Origin: Deltaproteobacteria bacterium
GTDB taxonomy: Bacteria > Desulfobacterota > Desulfarculia > Adiutricales > Adiutricaceae
NCBI GenBank assembly: GCA_031264045.1
Contig: JAISEQ010000352.1
Span: 1 to 41,624 of the forward strand
Direction: 5' to 3'
DNA length: 41,624 nucleotides
The position numbers were made by a program, and so were the translations under genes. The notes under the pieces are model-generated. The model ran no database searches. It was not told where the DNA came from and saw nothing but the letters and a program-made list of their open reading frames with translations. Below, piece by piece: positions 8,778 through 17,600 of this stretch (its first letter is position 1; each line of letters begins with the position of its first letter).

Positions 8778-9655
8778 TCAAGAGCATGACCGGCTTCGGC
8801 GCGGCGGGAGGGGAGATCCTGGGCTGCCGCGCCCGCTTCGAGATAAGGACCCTGAACAACCGCTACCGCGAATACCTCTTCCGGACTCCCCACTTCATGG
8901 GGGCCCTGGAGGAGCCGCTGAAGAAGCTCATAGGACGCCACGTCCACCGCGGGCGGATAGAGGTCTGGATCCAGCTGGACCCCGCCGGCGGAAGGGCCCC
9001 CCAGGTGAACGTCAAGGCGGCGGGGATCCTGCTGGACGATCTGAGGGACATGGCCGCGGAAATCGGGCTCCCCGGAACGGTGGAGCTCTCCCATCTCCTG
9101 CTGATGGAGCGGCTCTTCGTGAGCCAGGAGACCTCGAGCCTGGACGGGTGCGACCCCGCCGCCGCGTGGGACGATCTGAGGCTCCTGGCCTCCGAGGCCC
9201 TGGACCAGCTGGTGAAGATGCGCTCCGGCGAGGGCGAAAGCCTCCACAAGGACATCTGGGGGAGGCTCGGGACGCTCTCGGCCGACCTCGGCGAGCTCCG
9301 GACGGCCGCGGCCAACATCCCCGCTGCCGTCACCCGCCGCTACCAGGCCCGCCTGGAGGAGCTGGCCGACACCATGATAGACCCCGCCCGCCTGGCCCAG
9401 GAGGCGGCGATACTGGCGGAGAAGATGGACATCACCGAGGAGATCACCCGCTTCGGCACGCACATCCAGAGCTTCCGCGCCCTCATGGGATCCGGCGAGC
9501 CCGTGGGCAGGCGGATAGAGTTCCTCCTCCAGGAACTCGTGCGCGAGGCCAACACCATGGGATCCAAGTCCCAGTCCCTCCCCATCACGGACACGGTGCT
9601 CCGCTTCAAGTCCGAACTGGAGAAGATCCGCGAGCAGGTCCTGAACATAGAGTAG
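8774..9655 (+). CDS. yicC: YicC family protein (stress-induced endoribonuclease family)
   Basis: Begins MIKSMTGFG and ends in the family's conserved C-terminus (EEITRFGTHIQSF...GRRIEFLLQELVREANTMGSKS...KSELEKIREQVLNIE). Its ATG overlaps the upstream stop (ATGA). Confidence 0.9.
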   Translation: MIKSMTGFGAAGGEILGCRARFEIRTLNNRYREYLFRTPHFMGALEEPLKKLIGRHVHRGRIEVWIQLDPAGGRAPQVNVKAAGILLDDLRDMAAEIGLPGTVELSHLLLMERLFVSQETSSLDGCDPAAAWDDLRLLASEALDQLVKMRSGEGESLHKDIWGRLGTLSADLGELRTAAANIPAAVTRRYQARLEELADTMIDPARLAQEAAILAEKMDITEEITRFGTHIQSFRALMGSGEPVGRRIEFLLQELVREANTMGSKSQSLPITDTVLRFKSELEKIREQVLNIE

Positions 9656-9685
9656 CCCGGCCCCCCTCCCCCCCGGCGGTCCCCA

Positions 9686-10060
9686 ATGCCAGATCTGTTC
9701 CTGAACATAGGCCACGGGAACGCCGTCCGCGCCTCCCAGGTTGTGGCCATCCTGAACCCTTCCGGCGCCCCGGTGGTCCGCCTCCGCTCCGACGCCAGGA
9801 AGGCCGGGCGCCTGGTGGACGTCTCCCAGGGCCACAGGACCCGGTCGGTGATACTTACTGCCTCCGGCCACGTGTTCGAGTCCTCCCTGGAGGTCTCCGA
9901 GCTCACCGGCCGCTTCAACAAGGCGTTTTCGGGACGCGGCGCCGGACGGTACCCCGGAAGCGGCCCGGACGTCGGGGACCTCGCCGGCTCCGCCCCGGAT
10001 GGCCGGGACGGGGACGTGCCGGACGATCCTTTCGGGCCGGCCGGGCCGGGGGAACCCTAG
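9686..10060 (+). CDS. remA: DUF370 / RemA family protein
   Basis: LNIGHGNAVRASQVVAILNPSGAPVVRLRSDARKAGRLVDVSQGHRTRSVILTASGHVFESSL matches RemA/YlzA. It lies in the conserved yicC-remA-gmk arrangement. A roughly 45-aa non-conserved C-terminal tail follows. Confidence 0.85.
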   Translation: MPDLFLNIGHGNAVRASQVVAILNPSGAPVVRLRSDARKAGRLVDVSQGHRTRSVILTASGHVFESSLEVSELTGRFNKAFSGRGAGRYPGSGPDVGDLAGSAPDGRDGDVPDDPFGPAGPGEP

Positions 10061-10386
10061 GGGAAAGGCGTCCCGCGAGCCTTGGAAGGGCGGCTTCGGG
10101 AGGCGCGGCCCCCCGCGGGCCGGGGAAGGGCGGCTTCGGAAGGGACGGCCCCGACCGGTCGGCGGACGGAGGGAGTTCCGCGCTTCCCCCGGCCCCAGGC
10201 CCCCCGGCGGTGCCGCCAGGGGAGACGCGCGGATGCCGCCGGCTGCCGGATCCGGCCGGAAAAACAGTCCGACCGGTCGCCCCGATCGTTCGCCGGTGAT
10301 GTATAATGCTTTGGTTTGCCATCCGTGGCGGGGTTTCGGGAAGTGCGCCCCGCCTCTGCCTTACGGACTTCTGCGGGGAGGAGATT

Positions 10387-11004
10387 ATGGGTTCCAGTGG
10401 CGGTCTCTTCGTGCTCTCCGCGCCGTCGGGCGCGGGCAAGTCCTCGCTCATAAAGGCCCTGCTCGAGGACCCCCGTGCCGGGGGGACGACATATGCCGTC
10501 TCCCATACCTCCCGCGAGCCGCGCCAGGGGGAGGAGGACGGTCGGGAATACCACTTCGTGACGCCGGACGAGTTCAGGGCCATGATCGGGCGGGGGGAGT
10601 TCCTCGAGTGGACCGAAACCTTCGGGCGCTACTACGGAACCTCCCGCGCGCTCATTGAAAAGCAGCTGGAGTCGGGGTTAACTGTTGTGGCGGACCTGGA
10701 CGTGGTGGGGGCCAGGGCGATAAGGGGGATCTTCCCGGAGGCCAGGCTGGTCTTCGTGGTGCCTCCCTCCTTCAGGGTACTGACCGAAAGGCTGTCGGGC
10801 CGCCAGACCGAGACAGACGACAGCGCCCGCGAGCGTCTGGCCCGGGCCTCGCACGAGACCGCCGAGCGCTTCATCTTCGACTGCCTGGTCATAAACGACG
10901 ACTTCCGGAAGGCCGAGGACGAGCTGGTGGACATCATAGTGAACGGGGGCCCGGGCACCCCCGTGGAGGGCCCTCCGGGGTTCTGGGAGGGCTTCTACAA
11001 GTGA
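10387..11004 (+). CDS. gmk: guanylate kinase
   Basis: ATG 10387 is preceded by GGGGAGGAG. P-loop SAPSGAGKSS, then SHTSREPRQGEEDGREYHFV and EWTETFGRYYGTS. The longer ORF start at 10306 lacks a Shine-Dalgarno and adds non-homologous residues. Confidence 0.93.
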   Translation: MGSSGGLFVLSAPSGAGKSSLIKALLEDPRAGGTTYAVSHTSREPRQGEEDGREYHFVTPDEFRAMIGRGEFLEWTETFGRYYGTSRALIEKQLESGLTVVADLDVVGARAIRGIFPEARLVFVVPPSFRVLTERLSGRQTETDDSARERLARASHETAERFIFDCLVINDDFRKAEDELVDIIVNGGPGTPVEGPPGFWEGFYK

Positions 11005-12818
11005 GACGGAACGGAGCAACGCGCATCGAGGCCCCAGAGGGCCGCGGAGGGGGACCGCGCGGCGGAAGGGGCCCCGGGAAGCCCGGAGGGTTCAAATCCT
11101 CCGGTCCTGGAGGTGCCAGGCCCAAGGGGCCCGGAGGGTTCAAGTCCTCGGGTCCGGGAGGGTTCACTCCCAAGGGGCCCGGAGGGTTCAAGTCCTCGGG
11201 TCCGGGAGGGTTCAAGCCCCAGAGGCCCGGAGGGTTCAAGTCCTCGGGTCCGGGAGGATTCAAGTCCTCGGGTCCGGGAGGGTTCAAGCCCCAGAGGCCC
11301 GGAGGGTTCAAGCCCTCGGGTAAGGGAGGGGTCAGGCCCAAGGGGCCCGGAGGCGCGGGACCCAGGACCGGGGAGGACGGATTCGCTCAGGAGCACTCAA
11401 GGGGCCCCGCCCACAAGGGCTCCGGCTTCAAGGCCATGAAGCCGGACTTCAGGGGCAGGGGCTTCGGCGGCGGGAACCCCGAGGAGCCTTCGGAAGAGTT
11501 CGCCCCGTTCCCCCAGAAGAAACGCAAGAAGATCCCCCGCACCAGACCAGGCTCCTTCGAGCCCAGGCCAGGTGAGGACCGGAGCGCCCCGCCATCCCGC
11601 AGGGGCCCCGCCAGGGGCAAGTTCCCCGCCTTCGGCAGGGGTCCCGGCGTCCGCGAAACCCGTGAGCCCGGACCGGACGAGACCGAAACGCTGGGCACCG
11701 AGGAGATGGAGACCTGGGACCCCGAGGGTTCTGAGAGCTGGGACGGGGAGCAGCCGGAAAGCTGGGACGGGGAGCAGCCGGAGAGCTGGGACGAGAAACA
11801 GTCGGAGAGCTGGGACGAGAACGGCTATGACGGGAGGCTCGTGGCCGACTGCGGCGGCCGGCCAGAGGCCGGGGAAACGGAGCCTGCGGCAGTCCGGGAG
11901 ACCGAGCCCGACTGCGGCGGCCGGCCCGAAGCCGGGGAGACGGAGCCCGCGGCAGTCCGGGAGACTGAGCCTCGGGACGGAGACGTTGCGGACAGCGATG
12001 CCCTCCCCTCCCCCGGTCCTTCCGGGGCCAGGGGACCTACGGCGTCCGGAGGCGGTTCCGGGAAGTCCCCCGGGGACGGCGGCACCTCCGAAGTGGTCGG
12101 CATAAACGCCGTTGCCGAGGCCCTGGAGGCCAGGGGGAATGCCCTCAGGCGCCTCTACGTGAGCACCTCGCGGAAGCCATCGGTTGCCGTGAGGGCGCTT
12201 ATCGCCAAGGCCGCCTCGCTCGGGGCACCAGCCAGAAAGGTCCCTCCCGGCTTCTTCGTGAGGTTCGCGCCCCTGAGCCACCAGGGGGTCTGCGCCGCTT
12301 TCGACGAGCAGGCCCCCCTGTCGCTGGACGACTTCCTCGACTCGCTTCCCGCCGAGGGGCCGTCCCTGGTCCTGGCCCTGGACCACATAAGCGATCCGGG
12401 CAACCTGGGGGCCCTCGTGCGCTCGGCCTGGGCCTTCGGGGCGGACGGCGCCGTGGTGCCCAAGGACAGATCCGCGAGCATGACTCCGGTCGCGGCCAAG
12501 GCGGCGGCAGGAGGCCTGGAGAGGGTGAAGCTCGCCAGGGCGGTGAACCTCCCGGCCGCCCTGAAGCTCCTCCAGAAGAAGGGCTACTGGGTGGTTGCGG
12601 CCGAGGCGTCCGGAGGCGAGGAGCTGAACTCCTTCGACTTCCCCGAGCGCACGGCGCTCGTCCTGGGCGGCGAGGACAGGGGCCTGGGCAGGCTGGTGGC
12701 GGAAGGGGCAGACTTCAGGGTGAAGATCCCCATGGCCGGCGGGGCCGAGTCCCTGAACGTCTCCGCTGCGGGCGCCGTCTTCATGTTCGCCTACAGGACG
12801 CGCTTCCCGATAAGCTGA
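11001..12818 (+). CDS. rlmB: SpoU/TrmH-family 23S rRNA 2'-O-methyltransferase (RlmB-like) with long repeat-rich N-terminal extension
   Basis: GTG 11001 overlaps the gmk stop (GTGA). The C-terminal roughly 245 aa carry SpoU motifs (LDHISDPGNLGALVRSAWAFGADG, LVLGGEDRGL, IPMAGGAESLNVSAAGAV). The N-terminal roughly 360 aa are low-complexity tandem repeats. Confidence 0.8.
   Translation: MRRNGATRIEAPEGRGGGPRGGRGPGKPGGFKSSGPGGARPKGPGGFKSSGPGGFTPKGPGGFKSSGPGGFKPQRPGGFKSSGPGGFKSSGPGGFKPQRPGGFKPSGKGGVRPKGPGGAGPRTGEDGFAQEHSRGPAHKGSGFKAMKPDFRGRGFGGGNPEEPSEEFAPFPQKKRKKIPRTRPGSFEPRPGEDRSAPPSRRGPARGKFPAFGRGPGVRETREPGPDETETLGTEEMETWDPEGSESWDGEQPESWDGEQPESWDEKQSESWDENGYDGRLVADCGGRPEAGETEPAAVRETEPDCGGRPEAGETEPAAVRETEPRDGDVADSDALPSPGPSGARGPTASGGGSGKSPGDGGTSEVVGINAVAEALEARGNALRRLYVSTSRKPSVAVRALIAKAASLGAPARKVPPGFFVRFAPLSHQGVCAAFDEQAPLSLDDFLDSLPAEGPSLVLALDHISDPGNLGALVRSAWAFGADGAVVPKDRSASMTPVAAKAAAGGLERVKLARAVNLPAALKLLQKKGYWVVAAEASGGEELNSFDFPERTALVLGGEDRGLGRLVAEGADFRVKIPMAGGAESLNVSAAGAVFMFAYRTRFPIS
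11085..11352 (+). repeat. intragenic 24-nt tandem repeat array (GGAGGGTTCAAGTCCTCGGGTCCG and variants) encoding GGFKSSGP/GGFKPQRP
   Basis: About 11 consecutive near-identical 24-nt units are visible in the DNA. They are in frame within rlmB. Confidence 0.9.
11733..11820 (+). repeat. intragenic 24-nt tandem repeat (about 3.7 copies) encoding ESWDGEQP
   Basis: gagagctgggacggggagcagccg repeated head-to-tail, in frame within rlmB. Confidence 0.9.
11847..11972 (+). repeat. intragenic 63-nt tandem duplication encoding DCGGRPEAGETEPAAVRETEP x2
   Basis: The two copies start at 11847 and 11910 (period 63) and differ at a few positions. Confidence 0.9.
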
Positions 12819-12942
12819 CCCGAAAGACCCTTGCCCCGGAACGGGCCGGGCGGCGGAAGCCCCCGGCCGCCGGCACCGCTCCCCTGCCGGACATCCCTGC
12901 CCTGCGGCGGAACCGGAAGCCGCCCCTGCAGACCGCTGCAAA

Positions 12943-13263
12943 TCAGTTCATGCCGGAAAGACATGACCATACAAAATAACAGACACACGCTCTGGACAAC
13001 CGCTTCTGAGCCATCAAGCTCAGCGCGGGCAACCGCTTGACGTCTAAGCAAAACATGGCCATATTCCACTCCTCCTTCACTTTCACCAGTACGCGGCGAG
13101 CAAGCTCCCTTAAGTTCTTCCGCTTTTTGATAATGCCGAACACGGGCCCGACCGTCTGCCTCCCGCGGCCGTAAAGTGCCCTGCCCTCCTCGGTCCCCAG
13201 CCTGTACTGAATCTTTTCCCCGACGGAAGCCGTCTCGGCGGGGGCTCGGGCTCGAAAAGCCAT
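12943..13263 (-). pseudogene. C-terminal remnant of an IS5/IS1182-like DDE transposase
   Basis: The last 106 codons of ORF 12943..13887 read ...EKIQYRLGTEEGRALYGRGRQTVGPVFGIIKKRKNLRELARRVLVKVKEEWNMAMFCLDVKRL. This fits the conserved transposase tail pattern (Y..R..tvEpvFG.iK....r.f..RGl.kv..Ew.l.c.a.NlkRl). No catalytic DDE region lies upstream, where the opposite strand carries the repeat-protein gene. Confidence 0.55.
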
Positions 13264-13335
13264 TCGGCAAGGCCGGGGCGATGAAAGATCCTGGGGGCGG
13301 CACCCGGACGGGACGAAAGAAAGCGAGGGGACACC

Positions 13336-13917
13336 ATGGTCGCTGATTCCAGGTTCAGGGACATCGTGGAAAAAAACGTAAGCACCCTCCTGGATGCCCA
13401 AAAGACGGTCGATGAATGCTTCAGCAGGCTGAAGCGCCTTACGCTGGACGGCAAGCTTCCCCCAGACTTCCAAAACTGGGACCTTTCGGACGGTCGGGGA
13501 ATGACGCTCGCGCATGCGGCCGCCTTCTCCGGGAACCTTCCACCGGAGTTCGAAAGGTGGGAACTCGCGGACAGCGAGGGAAGGACGGTAGCGCATGCCG
13601 CCGCGATGGAGGGCCGCCTCCCAGACGGATTCGACCTCTGGGATCTGGCCGACCACCGCGGCATGAGCGTCGCCCACGTGGCGGCGGCCTACGGCAAGCT
13701 TCCCCCCGGCTTCAGCCGCTGGGAAATTTCCGACATGGAAGGCGTCACCGTGGCTCACATCGCCGCGATGGAAGCCCCCATGCCCGAATGCTTCAACCTG
13801 TGGGGCCTCACCGACAAGTCGGGCAGGACGGTGGCGGAGACAGCATCCGCGAACGGGAATCTTCCGGAGGACGTGGCGGACTGGCATGAGCTGCTGAAGT
13901 TCACCCTCCTGCAGTGA
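13336..13917 (+). CDS. ankyrin-like repeat protein (five 27-residue repeats)
   Basis: GAGGGG Shine-Dalgarno 5 nt upstream of the ATG. Repeats follow the pattern LPxxFxxWxLxDxxGxTVAHxAAxxGx with an exact 27-aa (81-nt) period. No signal peptide. Confidence 0.75.
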   Translation: MVADSRFRDIVEKNVSTLLDAQKTVDECFSRLKRLTLDGKLPPDFQNWDLSDGRGMTLAHAAAFSGNLPPEFERWELADSEGRTVAHAAAMEGRLPDGFDLWDLADHRGMSVAHVAAAYGKLPPGFSRWEISDMEGVTVAHIAAMEAPMPECFNLWGLTDKSGRTVAETASANGNLPEDVADWHELLKFTLLQ

Positions 13918-14682
13918 GCCGGAAAATCATCGCGGGAAGCGCAGAGATACCGTCCTGGCGCCTCAGAAAGGCCGGGCCCCGACCAAGTCCGGCCAGGCCG
14001 CCCGCACTCTTCTTCCAGATCGCGATTTTCACGATCCGAGGACGGCACCGACGGTACGACGAATCCCGGATTGAGGTCATCAGGCATCGAAAATGAATGC
14101 GCCCGTCCGTCGGCCGCAGGAAAGCAGGTCTGCCGCCATCGCGGGCGATGCCGCCCTCGACATCATCATGTTCGTGACGTCCACGTTCTAAAACATATCT
14201 GCTGCAGACAATTAATGAAACGAAGACTGACGGGAGCTGACCCGCAGAAACGTACGGGTTCTTCGACATCTTCGGACATCGGATATCCCGTGACTATTCC
14301 GACCCTTCGGAACCCGCATGAAGCCGCTCCGCCCGGTACTCCCCTTGCGAGAGACTGGACGGTCCACAAGAGTCGCGATACATTCCGCCCAACTCCGCAC
14401 CAGGGCATCAAATTAAATTTTCCCGCCACGCGTATCTCCAGAATGAATTGGAGCAGCGCTTACGCCGTTCTGTCAGGAACACCCGCCAATCCGGCAAGTT
14501 GTTCCCAAACGCGAGACGGCAATATCGCATCATGATGTCATCCCGGGAGCCAGCTCCGTTTCTTCGCGGCCTGACCCCCCGGATGACCAACGCGCCTTTC
14601 CCCCCCCACTCACCCTGCGGGATGCGTTCCGGAAATGCCTGTCCTGTCCTTCAGCCAGGGCGCGAATCCCTGCCACAGCATC

Positions 14683-17600
14683 CTAGTTGTCGGAAAGACC
14701 ATGCACCATCATCTGGCGCGAGAGAGAGAAACCGGTGTCGGTTACCTCCCGCCAGAGCAGTATGGCCCTCGAATTTCCGGAAGTGTTCATGAACTCCAGA
14801 TCCGTAACACCGCCGTCCGAGGATGTCGCGCGGACGATTGTCGTGCCGCTCGTCTTTATGATGATGGCCTCGGTCGGATTGCCGACTCCCAGCCTGGCCA
14901 CGCCGGAAACTATGCCCTTCGGCAGCAGTCCGTTCTGTTCTGGAGGAGCGAAGACGGAATATGTTTCCGGCCTGGGGAGGCCCGTGAAGGCGTCAACCAG
15001 GTGGAGGAATCCCTCTCCGGAGCCAGAGCAGGGATCCAGGCCGGGCTGGAAGCTCGTGACGGCCATGAGCGCCTTCCCTCCCCCCTGGGCCAGGAACTTG
15101 GGCTGGGTGATGACCATCTCGAAATTTCGGCCAGGGACGCCGGTCTTCTGGTACATGGAGTCGATCCTTCTTTTCCAGCCCGCCGCCCCCTTACCGTGCA
15201 GAAAATTCTCCAGGGCCGAGTACGAGGTCATGCCGCCGGCCGTCGTGATGCCCGTCCGAGACTGCAGGTTCACCACCTCGCCCGACTTGAGAACCATCGA
15301 GCCGCTCACGTCCAGTATGCCCGCGGCCCTGTCGGTCAGATCATCGAAGGTCATGACTCCTCTGGAGTTGACGGGCTCCTTTAGGCCGTAGAGGTACTGG
15401 TCATGGTTCTCCATGCACTCCTTGCCAGGCACAGTTTCGCATGGGGTCACGTCGTCCTGCCCGTAGAGCCTCCCGGTTCCGAATACCACCCATATGCTGC
15501 CCTCGGAATCGACAGTGGAGTTCACGGCCCCGGTAACGGGCCTCCCGGTGTCCAGCATGCGCGTGAGCTTCCAGTCCTGGGGAGGGAGCGGGTCGCCGAA
15601 CGCGTCGCACATCTGGACCCGCCACAGGCTCCCCCCGTCATGACCTTCTCCGTGGTAGGATGTCTCGGTCAGCCCGAAGTAGACGACATGGTCCGACCAG
15701 CCCCCGCGGCCGTCCGGTTTGCCCTTGGGCATGAAGGGGGAAGAGAAAAAGCTCTGCGGCACCGGGGCCTTCAGGTACTCCGGAAACTTCGACGGATCCG
15801 CCACGGGCTTGCCCGTCTCGGCGTCGAGCACTATTATCCTCGCCTCCTGCCTGCTGATCCCGTCGTACGGGGTTCTTCCGCCGTAGTTGAGCTGGTAGGA
15901 GCTGCCGGAGAGCGATACAACCGAGTCCGTCACCGGGCCGGAGGGGAGCATCACGTAGAACTTGTCCCCGTTCCTCACAGTCACGGGAATCCCCACCATG
16001 AGGCCAAGCTCTATGCTGCTGTAGGTCCACATCAGCTTCGGCTCCTTCTCCGGGTCCGTCACGTCGAAGCAGAAAACGTCGCTGAAGTACGGGACGTTCT
16101 GGTTCTCGTCGCCTGATGCCGCCTCGATGGGCCGGCCCCCCATCCGCATGCCACCCACGAGCACCGTCTTCCACTCGCCCCTTATCTTGATGTCGACCAA
16201 AAGCGGCTTCAGATCCACGTAGAAGTTGTGGATGTATCCGGGATCAGCCAAAAACGGCAAAGTCGGCATGGCGGCGGAGGGGATGAAGGCCCAGAGCTCG
16301 GCACCAAGGTCATGCTTGAGAGCGGCGGGGTTGTCCTTGCTGCCGGTGGTGTATTCCACATTATCCCCCAAAGAAGCCGCGAAACCGCCGTTTACCGCAT
16401 GGAGCATCCCGTCGTTCGCTCCGAAATAGACCATGATCCTCCGGTGGAGGTTGGCCTTCTTGAAACTCGCGTAGCTCGTGTCGCTGTAAAGGATATCGAA
16501 ATTCGATGCCGGAACCGCTACCGATATCGGCTTGGAATTCATGACATCCCCCAGACGCCATGAACTGTAGACCCCCTGGTACCAGGGGCTGTTCAAATCT
16601 CGCCTGCGGAGGTACTCGTAGTCCTTTCCGATCACCCAGTTAACTATCTCCTCCACTGCAACTCTTTTGTTGGTAGTTTTGGTCGGGAAGTAATCTTTAA
16701 AGTTTTCATGAAGCATCATCGCTTCGAGCTGTTTCCGGCTGGACTTCAGATCGAAAGGCAACATGACGGTCTGTCTGCTCTTGTCGCGGTATCCGAAATA
16801 GATCCTCCGCTTTCCAAGCCTTTTCGTGGCCGGAGCGGTCCAGGGTCGGGGCCCGGAAGTCAGCTTGGTGCCCAGGGGGGTGTCGATTTCAAGCAGCCAG
16901 CGGCCCGCGTCCCACAAGGCCTTGAGACCATAGGGGCCATCGGGATGAGCCTTTGTTCCTGTGGCCATCTGTGGCTGGTTCTTTCCGTTGGGGTCATCGC
17001 ACAGGGAGATGTAGTAGAGATGCGACCAGCATCTCGGCTGTATCTCCTGGTTCATGGACATGGTGGTGAAGGTGACGATCCTGTCTCCCTTACCGTTGGA
17101 CGCCTGCAGCGTGAGCTTTCCGTCGAGGTCCGAATCCTCGCGGAGGTTCCCGTAACGGTCAAGGAAGAGCGCGTAGACGCTCCCGACGAACGGCACGTAC
17201 CTGTCGATATCCTTGCGGACGTTGAAACGCGGGTAGAAGATAGTCTGTATTGAAATTCCGCCGCCTTCATCGCCAAGGATCTGCGATGATGTCCCGGTGC
17301 CGAAAGTCTGGCCCCGGGCAATGTCCTTGAAAATCTCATCGAAGTACTTCTCGAGATTCAGAGGATTTTCCACAGCGAAGTAGTTCATGGGACCGAGAGC
17401 GGGGTGGCCGGGATCCTTCTCCCATTCTCCGTCGTCAGGCACCCCGTTGTGGTTCACGTCGTTGAACCCCCCGTACTTGGCCGCAAGCCACAACGGATCC
17501 GGCAGGAACTGGCCGGTTGGGCCGCTGGGGGGGATCTTGAAGCCTCTGGTCATGAAGTATGTCATGTTGTCGGCAACGGATTTTCCGCATCCGCTTCCGC

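Noticed and set aside
10084-10139. 16-bp direct repeat GGAAGGGCGGCTTCGG at 10084 and 10124, between remA and gmk.
   Set aside because: Only two copies in GC-rich DNA, with no obvious promoter or structure context. Noted but not interpretable.
11085-11352. Repeated GGGTTCAAGTCC / GGGTTCAAATCC strings resembling tRNA T-arm sequences.
   Set aside because: There is no acceptor, D or anticodon arm around any copy. The units are in-frame 24-nt coding repeats within rlmB.
12943-13887. 314-aa minus-strand ORF that would extend the transposase remnant.
   Set aside because: Only the last roughly 106 codons look transposase-like. The remainder is antisense to the well-supported repeat-protein gene and has no DDE motifs.
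13918-14682. Small ORFs (60-154 aa) in the convergent gap between the repeat-protein gene and pilY1. Checked for a pilin or minor pilin.
   Set aside because: There are no prepilin leader or hydrophobic N-terminal motifs, the composition is Cys/Arg-rich junk, and there is no Shine-Dalgarno. This is probably decayed sequence.
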